A stretch of DNA of 61,610 nucleotides, counting the filler. It is 7 parts of 7 records of this genome, joined end to end, with 100 filler letters (N's around TTAATTAATTAA, not from the genome) between each part and the next. Parts side by side here need not be neighbours in the genome. Positions count along the whole stretch, not along the records: positions 51,493 to 61,610 come from SRR31147125_19278; 6 more parts are not named here. One strand, given 5' to 3'. The notes under the pieces were generated by a model. The model saw only the letters and a list, made by a program, of their open reading frames with translations, was not told the DNA's origin and made no database searches. Below are positions 51,728 through 61,610 of this stretch, in pieces. Numbering within the stretch: the stretch's first letter is position 1; the number at the start of each line of letters is the position of its first letter. Made by a program: the position numbers and the translations under genes.

Positions 51728-52801
51728 ATGAAAAAAAACCTGATCGCATTTGCACTAGCTTTTCTTTTTGCGATAACATCATTTGCACAAATTAATATTC
51801 AAAATATTCTTTCAACAACAAACCTCTTTCCTGTAAAAAAAGATGGTAAATGGGGATACATAAATAGTTCGGGAGAACTTTCGGTTAATACGAAATATGA
51901 CATTTGCCACCCATTCTATGAAGGATTGGCACTTGTGCAAAAAGGAGATGATATTTGGTTTATTAATGAATCTGAAGAAAAAGCATTCGACTCACCGTTT
52001 ACAATGAGTAGAATTGTAAGTGAAGGAATGATTCGTGTTCTTCTGGATGAGAAAGTTGGATATATAAATCGTTCGGGAGAACTTATCATCGAACCTATTT
52101 TCAAACAAGGTGGCGATTTTTCCGAAAGCTTAGCCTGGATTAGATCAGTAGAAACTGACAAAGTAGGCTACATCAATAAAAATGGAAAAATCACCATTCC
52201 TCCGGTATTTGAATATGCAGGAGACTTTAATGATGGATTTGCCCCTGTGAGACTAGGTGGAAAATGGGGATACATTGATAAAAATGGAAAACTTTTCAAG
52301 AACTTAATCTATACTCTTGCGAATAACTTTTCGGAAGGAATTGCCCCAATCTGGAAATATGGTCCCGACTTAATTTACATTAACAAAAAGGGTGAAGAGC
52401 TATTCCGACATCGTATTTACCAACCATCAAACCTCCCCAAAGGAAGTTGGAAAGTTCCCGTTTGGGGCCTGCACGATTCCAGGATAAAAGCTCAAAACAC
52501 AAACGGGTTAATTGGCTACCTGAATGACAAAGGTGAAATGGAGATTAACTTTCAATATTCAGAAGGTGGTGATTTCATTGGAGGTATTGCTCGAATAAAA
52601 TCGGGAAGCAAATGGGGCTATATCAATAAAAAAGGGAAAGTTAAAATAGCTGCACATTTTGACTATGCCGGTGACTTTATAAATAATGTTGCCCCAGTAT
52701 ATCAGGGAGGGACAAAAGAGGAGTTTGAGAATGGCAATGAAAATGTCAAGCTGGGTTACATCAATCAAAAAGGTGAACTAATCTGGCAATATTCTAACTA
52801 A
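51728..52801 (+). CDS. Secreted WG-repeat protein
   Basis: Signal peptide; repeated K(W/V)GYI(N/D)..G....I...F..A.DF.(E/D)G.A. Confidence 0.92.
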   Translation: MKKNLIAFALAFLFAITSFAQINIQNILSTTNLFPVKKDGKWGYINSSGELSVNTKYDICHPFYEGLALVQKGDDIWFINESEEKAFDSPFTMSRIVSEGMIRVLLDEKVGYINRSGELIIEPIFKQGGDFSESLAWIRSVETDKVGYINKNGKITIPPVFEYAGDFNDGFAPVRLGGKWGYIDKNGKLFKNLIYTLANNFSEGIAPIWKYGPDLIYINKKGEELFRHRIYQPSNLPKGSWKVPVWGLHDSRIKAQNTNGLIGYLNDKGEMEINFQYSEGGDFIGGIARIKSGSKWGYINKKGKVKIAAHFDYAGDFINNVAPVYQGGTKEEFENGNENVKLGYINQKGELIWQYSN

Positions 52802-52840
52802 ACCAATCAAAATCGTATTCTAACAAAAATAATTTCAGCA

Positions 52841-55063
52841 ATGAAAATCACAAGATACATTCTTCTACTATTACTTATCCCATATACTCTTTTCGCACAA
52901 GACCCTATGGAATACAATGGTGACTGGCAATTCAACAAAAGAAACGGTCAAGGCAAAATGATTTATTATGATGGATCTGTATATAACGGACTATGGCAAA
53001 ATAACATCCGCCAGGGACAAGGGAGTATGACATTTCAAAATGGTGAAAGCTATGTTGGAAGCTGGGTAAATGGTAAAATAGAAGGAAACGGTGCTTACTC
53101 GTTTAAAAACGGAGAAAAATTTGAAGGTCAATTTGCCAATGGGCTTCCACACGGAAAGGGCACTTACACTTTAAAATCTGGAGATATTTATTCAGGAGAA
53201 ATTAGTCAGGGAATTATAAGCGGACAAGGACAAATGACTTTTGCATCTGGTGATCAATACAACGGAGGTTTTTCGGATGGAAAAATGATGGGTTCTGGAA
53301 ATATGAATTACACTACCGGAGATATTTACAAAGGTGAATGGTCGAACAACAAAAGAGAAGGATATGGCGTACAAAATTTCGCCAACGGCGATGTTTATGA
53401 TGGCTCCTGGAAAAATGACAAAATGTTTGGAATTGGAGTATTGAATAAAGCCAATGGAGAAAAATATGTTGGTGAATTCAATAAAGAATATAGCGGAATG
53501 GGCAGACTTACAACTGCTAATGGTGATTATATTGAAGGAGATTTTAAGAATGGGATTGTTGATGGAAATGCAACAATTTGGTATGACAATGGAGAACAAT
53601 ACAAAGGAGAAGTTAAAAAAGGATTTCCAGATGGAAATGGCACCTACTTTTACAACGATGACAGCTATTATACCGGAGAATTAAAACGAGGAAAACCTGA
53701 CGGAATGGGCAAGCTATGCGATGCATCAGGAGAAATGATGAAAGGTGGAAAATGGAGCAAAGGAGGCTTGAAGAAAACATATGAACAAATAGATGCCGGA
53801 AGAAAAGCCTTTGCAGAAGGGATGCAGGCTTTAGCACAAGGGATGGCAGTTGCAGGTCAGCAAATGCAGACTCAAAATGCACAGATGAAAGCTAATGCTG
53901 CAGCTAACAAAGCAAAGTGGGATAATTACATGCGTGAATCAAAACAATCACAAGACACCTACAACAATCTTTATCAGGAAGAGCTGAATAAAATGAACAG
54001 CAATCCGTACAGCAAAAATAACCCCATGAAAGAGATGGAAGCGAAGGTGCTTGCCAGCCAACGGATGAAGCAAATGAAACAGACTCAAAGCAACTCTGGC
54101 ACATCTAATATAAATGGCAATCGTGGAGCAAGCCAAAGCCAGACAAGCTATAACATCGGAGGCAGCGGATATGGAGGTTCTTCAAATTATTCAAAAAGTA
54201 ATACCCAACCACAGCAACAAGCTCAAACACGAGTCAAAACCATTTCAGAAACAACTTTAATTAAAAAATATTACAAAGACAATCCGCATCAACTGTCCCG
54301 CCAATACTGGGCCAAAAATGATGAACAAGGTGAAGTTATTACTCCACACATCGAACATGGTTTTTACCAATCCTGGCACAAAAACGGAAAAAAACAGATC
54401 GAGTGTTATTTTACCAATGGGGAATATGATGGGGAATATAAGTTTTGGAACAAAAATGGTCAAATTGAGGAGTTTTGCACTCACAAAAGTTCATCAAACA
54501 ACAAAGCTAGTATTGATATAAACTGGGCATGGAAAAACAACGCACTTGAATCAGTCTATTTAGAAAATCTTCGTGCAGGAGATGAAAATGGAGATGGACG
54601 AAGCATATATGACCTAAGCTATGATTTAAAAAATCAGAGCTACAACTACCATGATGAAATCAGGCACATGGAATATAAGCCGAAGTCTGGACGAATAAAA
54701 ACATACAAAGATGACGAGATTTCATTTTTTGATGACATCCATGCTCAAGGCATTAAAAGTAAAAGCTATTATTATAAGAACAAATGTGTGTGGTATATCC
54801 AACACAATAATCAAGGTAGTATCGACTTTATTTCCTCCTATTACATTCATGCTAATTACCTACCCGAACCTGAATATGACTGGGGAAGCATTATCTATGA
54901 TAAAGAAGGAAAAGAACACAAACACATAAATAACCAATCGAAATACGATAATTCCTTGCGCTTAAAGAAGATGATTTCAACTGTTAGTCGAAAGAATGCT
55001 GATGATATTATTGCACTGATTAATCAATTGCGTCCTATGATGGATTCAAACAGATATAAATAA
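52841..55063 (+). CDS. Secreted MORN-repeat protein with Q/N/S-rich linker and MORN-variant (YwqK-like) repeats
   Basis: Signal peptide; about a dozen Y.G.W....G.G repeats; later W.KNG...E.....G...G.Y..W..NG. Confidence 0.88.
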   Translation: MKITRYILLLLLIPYTLFAQDPMEYNGDWQFNKRNGQGKMIYYDGSVYNGLWQNNIRQGQGSMTFQNGESYVGSWVNGKIEGNGAYSFKNGEKFEGQFANGLPHGKGTYTLKSGDIYSGEISQGIISGQGQMTFASGDQYNGGFSDGKMMGSGNMNYTTGDIYKGEWSNNKREGYGVQNFANGDVYDGSWKNDKMFGIGVLNKANGEKYVGEFNKEYSGMGRLTTANGDYIEGDFKNGIVDGNATIWYDNGEQYKGEVKKGFPDGNGTYFYNDDSYYTGELKRGKPDGMGKLCDASGEMMKGGKWSKGGLKKTYEQIDAGRKAFAEGMQALAQGMAVAGQQMQTQNAQMKANAAANKAKWDNYMRESKQSQDTYNNLYQEELNKMNSNPYSKNNPMKEMEAKVLASQRMKQMKQTQSNSGTSNINGNRGASQSQTSYNIGGSGYGGSSNYSKSNTQPQQQAQTRVKTISETTLIKKYYKDNPHQLSRQYWAKNDEQGEVITPHIEHGFYQSWHKNGKKQIECYFTNGEYDGEYKFWNKNGQIEEFCTHKSSSNNKASIDINWAWKNNALESVYLENLRAGDENGDGRSIYDLSYDLKNQSYNYHDEIRHMEYKPKSGRIKTYKDDEISFFDDIHAQGIKSKSYYYKNKCVWYIQHNNQGSIDFISSYYIHANYLPEPEYDWGSIIYDKEGKEHKHINNQSKYDNSLRLKKMISTVSRKNADDIIALINQLRPMMDSNRYK

Positions 55064-55077
55064 TTAATAATACGACG

Positions 55078-56196
55078 ATGAAAACAATATATACATTTCT
55101 AATTTTCATTTTTGCTTGTAGTATCTCATACGCACAACAAACCAATTCCGGTGATTGCCAAAATGGAACAGGAACCTACCAATACGGAGAAGGAACAGTC
55201 TACGAAGGACAGTGGAAAAATGGGCAACGTCATGGAACAGGAAAAATGACGTACGCAAAAAAAATAAATGAGTCGAATTTACCTGAAGGACCATCAGTTG
55301 AAGAAGAAGAGAATACAATTCCGTCAAATATTCTGGCTCTGCGTCAACGTGTTTTGGATAATGCGAATTATTATGGGATTGATTATATGTTTTTTCACGG
55401 AACCGAAGGCATGATTAGTTTATTGGCAGATGCTGAAAAGGTTGGTAATGCAATCGGACATAACAAAGTTGAACTTCAAGACAACAATTCAGGCAGAAAC
55501 AAGACTATTATTCGTGAGTATTTTGAACATGCAAAGAAAACAATCCGCACTGCAGAGACAGGCGAAAAGCTCACCATGGAAGCCAAACAATATTATTACA
55601 ATTTAATTCACCTCAATTATATCCGGAATCTTTGCAATATGGATATAGCTGCAGGAATGCAAAATATGCGCGATTATGCTAACACAATCCGGAATTTTCA
55701 TGCAGCTGAAAAACTACAAGTTGAAGCTGACAATATAATGCTGAAAGCCTACCAAAAATTAGCAGACGATATTGCTGGAACTATTCCACTCGTAAGCACA
55801 GCACTGGACGTTATTAAAATTGCTACAGGTGAAGATTTAAATGGGGATCAGATTTCAGCTTCGAAACGTGCCTTTATGGCATTTAGTCTTATTGTCCCCG
55901 AAGTTCTCGAAAGAGTTCTTGTAAATGATAAGCTTTTAAAAGAATCAGTTGATGAACTAGCAGAGAACCTGGCCAACATGCAGCCTGAAAAAGTAAAGCA
56001 ATTTGTTGAAGCAGTAGACATTCGGGAGCATTACAAAAAATCATGTGATATGTTAGCTCAAGTATACCCAGATAAAGCAGGTAAATTCAAATGGTTATCT
56101 GAAAATTACGCTAAAGCAGTTGATGCACAAACAAAAGATAAAGTTATGGATGCTATGTTCAATTTTACAGATACTCTTTTATTGAAGAAAAATTAA
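55078..56196 (+). CDS. Secreted protein with short MORN segment and pre-toxin TG-like motif
   Basis: Signal peptide, SGDCQNGTG...YEGQWKNG.RHG.G, later IPLVSTALD....ATGEDL.G..IS...R. Confidence 0.7.
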   Translation: MKTIYTFLIFIFACSISYAQQTNSGDCQNGTGTYQYGEGTVYEGQWKNGQRHGTGKMTYAKKINESNLPEGPSVEEEENTIPSNILALRQRVLDNANYYGIDYMFFHGTEGMISLLADAEKVGNAIGHNKVELQDNNSGRNKTIIREYFEHAKKTIRTAETGEKLTMEAKQYYYNLIHLNYIRNLCNMDIAAGMQNMRDYANTIRNFHAAEKLQVEADNIMLKAYQKLADDIAGTIPLVSTALDVIKIATGEDLNGDQISASKRAFMAFSLIVPEVLERVLVNDKLLKESVDELAENLANMQPEKVKQFVEAVDIREHYKKSCDMLAQVYPDKAGKFKWLSENYAKAVDAQTKDKVMDAMFNFTDTLLLKKN

Positions 56197-56288
56197 TCGT
56201 AAATATTATTTGAGCAATTTGCAACCATTGTCTTTTTTCCTTGTCTGTAAAGTTGAATTTCGAAAATAGGAGAACTAACTTTTCACAC

Positions 56289-57506
56289 ATGAAGACAAAA
56301 ATACTGACCATCCTTATAGCACTTATTGCATCTTTTACAACTCAACTTTCAGCACAAGAGTATGGAACACTTCAAAAAAGGCCTGTTGCCATTGGTCTTT
56401 TTCCTCCAGTAAATACCAATGGAGCAAATGCAGGCAACTGCATCAATCAGCTTTCACTCAATCTTATTTCGGGTTACTCAGGAGCTTTAGCTGGTTTTGA
56501 ATTTGCAGGATTCTCAAATACCGAACGAGATTTTGTTCACGGAGCACAATTTGCCGGATTTGGGAATTACGTTGGTGGTGAATTTACGGGTTATCAATTT
56601 GCGGGTTTTGGCAACTTCAATAAAGGAATTTCCAGAGGGTTTCAATTTGCCGGTTTTGCTAACTACAATTACGACAAAGCACATGGCGTTCTAGCAGCAG
56701 GATTCGCGAACTTCACCAGAGGAGAATCAATTGCACTCCAGTTTGCCGGTTTTCTCAATTACTGTGAAGATGTAAATGGGGTTCAGGCTGCTGGCTTTTC
56801 AAACATAGCCAAAGGAAATGGAAGAGTTACCCAATTGGCAGGATTCTCAAATACGGTTCGAGGAGAAGTGAAAGGTATCCAAATTGCTGGCTTTACCAAT
56901 ATCTCAAAAGGAAATTTAGACGGAGCACAAATTGCCGGTTTCTTAAACATATCGAAAAAGGTTAATGGTCTTCAACTTGGATTTATAAATATTGCCGATA
57001 CGATTAAAAGTGGTATCCCTATCGGTTTTTTAAGTATTGTAAAGAAAGGATTTCGTGAGTTAGAGATTTCTACAAGTGAAAGCCTAAATGCCCAGGCAGC
57101 ATTTAAAATTGGAACTGAAAAATTCTACAATATTTTCGCAATCGGCTCGCAATTTATAGGTTCAGAATTTATGTGGGGTGTTGGTTACGGTATTGGGACT
57201 CACATCTCAAACAATGAAAATTACAAAATGCAATTGGAATTGATGAGCTACCAAATTAATGAAGGTGAAGCATGGACAAATAGCTACAACTCACTTCAAC
57301 AAATAAAATTTACTTATACGAAGAAAGTAAATGACGGATTTAGTATTTTCTTTGGGCCAACAATTAACTTGATGATTTCAGATAATTTCAATAATGAAAA
57401 GCCATTTGAAAGCAAGTTTGCGCCGTACAAAGTTTATTCACGAAAAGGAGTCCATACGAACTTAAAAGGATGGATTGGAATTACTGCCGGTATTCGAATT
57501 AACTAG
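56289..57506 (+). CDS. Surface protein with GxQxAGxxN beta-helix-type repeats and C-terminal beta-strand domain
   Basis: Signal peptide; tandem G.Q(F/I/L)AGF.N repeats. Confidence 0.8.
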   Translation: MKTKILTILIALIASFTTQLSAQEYGTLQKRPVAIGLFPPVNTNGANAGNCINQLSLNLISGYSGALAGFEFAGFSNTERDFVHGAQFAGFGNYVGGEFTGYQFAGFGNFNKGISRGFQFAGFANYNYDKAHGVLAAGFANFTRGESIALQFAGFLNYCEDVNGVQAAGFSNIAKGNGRVTQLAGFSNTVRGEVKGIQIAGFTNISKGNLDGAQIAGFLNISKKVNGLQLGFINIADTIKSGIPIGFLSIVKKGFRELEISTSESLNAQAAFKIGTEKFYNIFAIGSQFIGSEFMWGVGYGIGTHISNNENYKMQLELMSYQINEGEAWTNSYNSLQQIKFTYTKKVNDGFSIFFGPTINLMISDNFNNEKPFESKFAPYKVYSRKGVHTNLKGWIGITAGIRIN

Positions 57507-57612
57507 AAAAATTATACCAAAATCTTTAGGACGATAGTTGGAGAAATTACTTTCCCTAATTTTCTTATATTCCAAATACGCAAAGCAAACAGTCAAAAGC
57601 AAGGAGCAATTC

Positions 57613-57854
57613 CTATTCCCTTTCAATCTTTTCAATAATTTGCTCTACACTGCTCGGCGAATTCGGCATAATGTATTCAGGAATTGCAATACTGGTTTTC
57701 ATTGAAACCAAAAATCTTTTACACTCCTTATATCGCTCTGAATTCAAACAATATAGATTTTTATATGTTTGTCCAGTCCGTTCTGAAAAAGAACTCCCTT
57801 TTGAAATATTGGACATTTTTCCATTCTCAAACACACATCTTCCCTATAATCCAT
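57613..57854 (-). CDS. Small four-Cys hypothetical protein (1-nt indel at A run 57786-57790)
   Basis: Restored frame MDYREDVCLRMEKCPIFQKGVLFSERTGQTYKNLYCLNSERYKECKRF...PEYIMPNS. Confidence 0.55.
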
Positions 57855-58015
57855 AATCTCATTTTTAAATTTGACAGACAAAAATAAGAAAATATATAAC
57901 ATCTGTTCAAACTATTCAAGCAACAGATAAACCAAACTACCTAAATATCAGGGAATTTTAATCGGATAAATAGAGAACTAAGAAAATTGAATATTAAAGG
58001 TATAGATTAATATGC

Positions 58016-58318
58016 CTAAAAGAACCCCAATTCCAGGCGTGCTTCTTCGCTCATCATCGATTTATCCCAAGGCGGTTCAAAAGTAAGTTCAACATGGGCA
58101 TCATCAACACCGTCAACTGCTAAAGCTGCCTGACGTGCATCTTCAACCAACATGTCAGCAACCGGGCATCCGGGAGCAGTAAGCGTCATAATAACATTGG
58201 CCTTACTTTCGTCAACATCCACATTGTAAATCAATCCGAGGTCGTATATATTAACCGGAATTTCCGGGTCGTAAACGTCTTTCAGTTTTTCAATGATCTG
58301 ATCTATTCTTTCATCCAT
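58016..58318 (-). CDS. DUF59/SufT-like Fe-S assembly protein
   Basis: VYDPEIPVNIYDLGLIY, MTLTAPGCP, FEPPW...MMSEEA. Confidence 0.93.
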   Translation of the reverse strand: MDERIDQIIEKLKDVYDPEIPVNIYDLGLIYNVDVDESKANVIMTLTAPGCPVADMLVEDARQAALAVDGVDDAHVELTFEPPWDKSMMSEEARLELGFF

Positions 58319-58320
58319 AG

Positions 58321-58752
58321 CTATTCTCTTTTTCCTGAAATTCTGTTATATGCAACAGCGTACAATTTAATTTGTTTGATCATAGCAACCAAACCGTTTG
58401 AACGGGTTGGTGACAAATGTTGTTTTAATCCAATATCGTCAACAAAGTGCAAATCGCTAGCCATAATTTCCTCAGGAGTGCGACCTGATACAACTTTTAA
58501 TAAAAGAGCAACCAAACCTTTTACAATTACAGCATCACTTTCTCCTTCAAAATAAATCTTCCCATCTTTAAATTCAGGAACAAGCCAAACACGCGACTGA
58601 CAACCTTTAATTAAATGCTGATCGTTTTTCTTGCTTGGTTTTAAATCTTCTAAATCATTACCAAGCTCAATCAGGTAACTATACTTATCCATCCAGTCTT
58701 CATAGATTGAAAACTCTTCAATAATATCCTGTTGTATTTGTTCAATCGTCAT
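58321..58752 (-). CDS. sufE: Cysteine desulfuration protein SufE
   Basis: W.DKY.YLIELG, IKGCQSRVW, SDA.IVKGL, LSPTRSNG. Confidence 0.95.
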   Translation of the reverse strand: MTIEQIQQDIIEEFSIYEDWMDKYSYLIELGNDLEDLKPSKKNDQHLIKGCQSRVWLVPEFKDGKIYFEGESDAVIVKGLVALLLKVVSGRTPEEIMASDLHFVDDIGLKQHLSPTRSNGLVAMIKQIKLYAVAYNRISGKRE

Positions 58753-58955
58753 AAAATCTTCTATTAAAAGATGCAAAGGTCGTAATTTTTCACATTTCAA
58801 CAACGATAAAAATTTCTCTTGCCTTTTTTTATATATTTCTTAATCTGAATTTGACATCTGCCTTTACTAAAAATGAATCTAAACTAGAAAAATTGCTTTA
58901 TCGCCGCATGAATAATTCTTATTTTCACTAACGAAAAACTAAAAATCAATATTAA

Positions 58956-59531
58956 ATGAGTTCAATAAAAGGAACACAAACAGAACAAAACCTGCTAAAA
59001 GCTTTTGCAGGTGAATCTCAAGCCAAAAACCGATATGAGTTTTTTGCCAAACAAGCACGCAAAGAAGGCTTGCACCAAATTGCTGCGCTATTTGAAGAAA
59101 CAGCTTTAAATGAACAAGCACATGCCAAGCGTTTTTTCAGGTTTTTAGAAGGAGGTATGGTTGAAATTACAGCAAGCTACCCGGCAGGTGTTATTGGCAC
59201 TACTGCTGAAAACCTTACTGCTGCTGCCGATGGAGAAAATGAAGAATGGACTGAATTATATCCTGAATTTGCTCGCATTGCTGAAGAAGAAGGTTTTAAG
59301 CAAATTGCAGTTGTATTTAAAAGCATTGCAAAAATTGAAAAGCACCACGAAGAGCGTTATCGTCAGCTTTGTAAAAACCTGGAAGAAGGGAAAGTATTTG
59401 AGCGTGAAGGAAAAGTAACCTGGAAATGCAGGGTTTGCGGATTCATACACGAATCGGCTAAGCCACCGGTAAAATGTCCATCATGTGAACACTCAAGAGA
59501 TTATTTCGAAATTGAGGCCGCAAATTATTAA
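58956..59531 (+). CDS. rbr: Rubrerythrin
   Basis: [22 protein letters not shown]-terminal WKCRVCG...CPSCEH rubredoxin domain. Confidence 0.95.
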   Translation: MSSIKGTQTEQNLLKAFAGESQAKNRYEFFAKQARKEGLHQIAALFEETALNEQAHAKRFFRFLEGGMVEITASYPAGVIGTTAENLTAAADGENEEWTELYPEFARIAEEEGFKQIAVVFKSIAKIEKHHEERYRQLCKNLEEGKVFEREGKVTWKCRVCGFIHESAKPPVKCPSCEHSRDYFEIEAANY

Positions 59532-59551
59532 GCTTCAAATCCATGACATAC

Positions 59552-59584
59552 AAAATCCTGATCAATATTGGTCGGGATTTTTTT
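59552..59584. terminator. Bidirectional terminator between rbr and sufS
   Basis: AAAATCCTGATCAA/TTGGTCGGGATTTT. Confidence 0.75.
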
Positions 59585-60803
59585 ATCCCAACATCGCAAT
59601 TAACTTCTTTAAAGCTTCAATAAAAGTATCAATCTCTTCAGTGGTATTGTAAACAGCAAATGAAATTCGGATAGTTCCGGAAACTCCATAATGATCCATC
59701 ACCGGATCGGCACAAAGTCGGCCAGTACGAACAGCAATTCCCATTTTATCGAGCATGGTGCCCAAATCAAACGAATGAATTCCTTCAATATTAAAAGTAA
59801 TAACCCCGGTTTTGCAATGGTGCGTTCCATAAATAATCATTCCGGGAATTTCCAGTAACTTTTGGGTGGCATAATCCAATAGTTTATTCTCGTACACACC
59901 CACTTGTTTAATTCCTAAATCCTCCAAATAACGAATGGCTTCACCAAAAGCAATTACACTGGTAATATTAGGCGTTCCGGCCTCAAATTTATAGGGTAAC
60001 TCATTGAAGGTGGTTTTTTCAAAAGTCACTTCGGAAATCATTTCTCCACCACCCTGATACGGTGGCATTTGATCGAGAATTTCCTTTTTACCATAAAGAA
60101 CCCCAACTCCGTTCGGACCATACAATTTATGTGCAGAGAACACATAAAAGTCAGCATTTAAATCAAGCACATCAACAGTCATGTGTTTAATCGCTTGCGC
60201 ACCATCAATAAGCACCTTAATGCCAGACTCATGGGCTTGCTTAATAATTTTCTTGATTGGATTGACCGTGCCTAAAACATTTGAGACATGAGCAACAGCT
60301 ATCAGTTTGGTTTTTTCAGTTATGAGTTCACCCAATTTTTCAATTTGAAGTTCCCCAGAATCTGAAAAAGGAAGCACTTTAATTGTAGCCCCTCTCCGCT
60401 CAGCCATTAACTGCCAGGGTACAATGTTGGCATGATGTTCCATTTCTGAAACAATAATTTCATCACCTTCATTAATAAACGCTTCGCCAAACGAAAAAGC
60501 AACCAGATTAATGCTCTCTGTTGTTCCTTTGGTAAAAATAATTTCTTCGCGTGAGCCAGCATTAATAAATTCTTTAAGCTGATCACGAACGCCCTCAAAT
60601 TCAACTGTTGCCTTATCTGCTAAAAAATGTGCCCCACGATGAATATTTCCATAGTATTCCAAATGCAACTGTTCTTCCTTCTTTAAAACGGATAAAACTT
60701 TTTGGGTAGAAGCTGCACTATCCAGATAAACTAAAGGTTTGTTATATACTTCCTGATTTAGAATAGGAAAATCATTACGGATTTTGGAAATATCGAGGGT
60801 CAT
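59583..60803 (-). CDS. sufS: Cysteine desulfurase SufS
   Basis: YLDSAAS, EHHAN, DGAQ, SAHKLYGP, EAGTP, VRTGRLCA. Confidence 0.95.
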   Translation of the reverse strand: MTLDISKIRNDFPILNQEVYNKPLVYLDSAASTQKVLSVLKKEEQLHLEYYGNIHRGAHFLADKATVEFEGVRDQLKEFINAGSREEIIFTKGTTESINLVAFSFGEAFINEGDEIIVSEMEHHANIVPWQLMAERRGATIKVLPFSDSGELQIEKLGELITEKTKLIAVAHVSNVLGTVNPIKKIIKQAHESGIKVLIDGAQAIKHMTVDVLDLNADFYVFSAHKLYGPNGVGVLYGKKEILDQMPPYQGGGEMISEVTFEKTTFNELPYKFEAGTPNITSVIAFGEAIRYLEDLGIKQVGVYENKLLDYATQKLLEIPGMIIYGTHHCKTGVITFNIEGIHSFDLGTMLDKMGIAVRTGRLCADPVMDHYGVSGTIRISFAVYNTTEEIDTFIEALKKLIAMLG

Positions 60804-60824
60804 ATTTAATTACTTTAAAAAAGA

Positions 60825-60845
60825 AACGGGAGCAAAACTCCCGTT
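60825..60845 (-). terminator. Terminator-like hairpin between sufD and sufS
   Basis: AACGGGAG/CTCCCGTT stem followed on the minus strand by TCTTTTTT. Confidence 0.55.
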
Positions 60846-60871
60846 AACAAATATATTCAATTCTTTTAAAA

Positions 60872-61610
60872 CTAATTTACATCACACGAATGACAGCGAG
60901 CCAGCTCTCCACGGAGTCGCTTGTCAACTAATTCGTCTATTCGGTTGCGCAAAGGCTCAACACGAATTTCCTTGATTACTTCGTGAGCAAAGGCATTCAT
61001 CAGCATTAAGCGTGCATCTGCTTCATTTATCCCGCGAGCTCTCAGGTAAAATAAAGCTTCTTCATCAATCTGCCCAATTGTTGCTCCGTGTGAACATTTC
61101 ACATCATCAGCATCAATAATTAACTGAGGTTTGGTATTCATTTTTGCTGAATCGGTCAACAATACATTATTGTTACGCTGGAATGCAGCAGTTTTTTGTG
61201 CATCACGAACTACATGAATTCGACCTGTAAATGCACCAACAGAATCTTCATCCAATACATTCTTATAAACCTGGTTACTTGTGCAGTTTGCACTTGCATG
61301 CTCAATATTGGTGTAATTATCAACATGCTGTTTCTTATCTGTAAATGACATGCCATATACGTTTGCATCAGCGTGTTCACCATCCAGACTAACTTTCAGG
61401 TTATTGCGAATTAATCCACCGTGCAAGGTTGCAGTGCTGGTTAATAAGTTTGAATTTTCTTCTTGCTTAAAGAAGGACGCATTTACTGAATTAGCCAGGT
61501 TATTCTGATTTTGAATGGTATACAAATCAACAACAGAATCACGACCAACATAAACTTCGGTTACATTGTTACTCAAAAAACTACTTTGACTAAGTGTATG
61601 GTCGCAAAAA
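60872..61610 (-). CDS. sufD: Fe-S cluster assembly protein SufD (5'-truncated)
   Basis: F.GRI.V...AQKT.A.Q, KPQL.I.ADDVKCSHGAT, FYLRARGI. Confidence 0.95.
   Translation of the reverse strand, partial: FCDHTLSQSSFLSNNVTEVYVGRDSVVDLYTIQNQNNLANSVNASFFKQEENSNLLTSTATLHGGLIRNNLKVSLDGEHADANVYGMSFTDKKQHVDNYTNIEHASANCTSNQVYKNVLDEDSVGAFTGRIHVVRDAQKTAAFQRNNNVLLTDSAKMNTKPQLIIDADDVKCSHGATIGQIDEEALFYLRARGINEADARLMLMNAFAHEVIKEIRVEPLRNRIDELVDKRLRGELARCHSCDVN

Noticed and set aside
52841-57506. Nucleotide periodicity as a DGR or non-coding repeat array
   Set aside because: Explained by MORN and GxQxAG protein repeats; no reverse transcriptase or adenine-specific repeat pair seen.
696-60975. Numerous short antisense or nested ORFs in the track (for example 932-1315, 25104-26816, 37223-37942, 46654-47199)
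   Set aside because: Shadows of well-supported genes on the other strand or frame, with no motifs of their own.

Overview
The window is not one locus. It is seven unrelated contigs, probably metagenomic, joined by artificial 100-nt spacers (44 N + TTAATTAATTAA + 44 N). (1) 1-9503: ErcA/ErcS-like Fe-alcohol-dehydrogenase/hybrid-kinase pair, PilJ/NarX-sensor chemoreceptor, GntR regulator and a monosaccharide ABC transporter. (2) 9604-16283, AT-rich: ung, degP, panBCD with an eroded DUF2520 (panG-type) remnant, CheY-like receiver, Smg-like gene, topA. (3) 16384-22714: a giant secreted protein with six GEVED modules and an FlgD-Ig/T9SS-type C-terminus, then two degenerate tRNA-Pro 3'-half scars and a 54-bp IS21-end-like palindrome. 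(4) 22815-33395, Bacteroidota-like: nitrite reductase nirBD, Crp/Fnr regulator, porin and NrtABC-type transporter. (5) 33496-42908: an integrative phage-satellite-like element at a tRNA-Pro(GGG) att site, with two tyrosine recombinases, a split primase-helicase and a duplicated cro-antirepressor module. (6) 43009-51392, Bacteroidota-like: PhoD pair, esterase, sulfatase, beta-propeller glycosidase and GH29 fucosidase. (7) 51493-61610, Bacteroidota-like: secreted WG/MORN/pre-toxin-TG operon, suf genes and rubrerythrin. The strongest candidate for an undescribed system is in contig 5: a predicted counter-transcribed small RNA (TTGACA-17-TATCGT promoter) carrying a 12-nt perfect complement of the primase ribosome-binding site. 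Several genes are split by single-base indels, mostly in homopolymers, which most likely reflect sequencing error. All family calls are from motif recognition by eye, not database searches.
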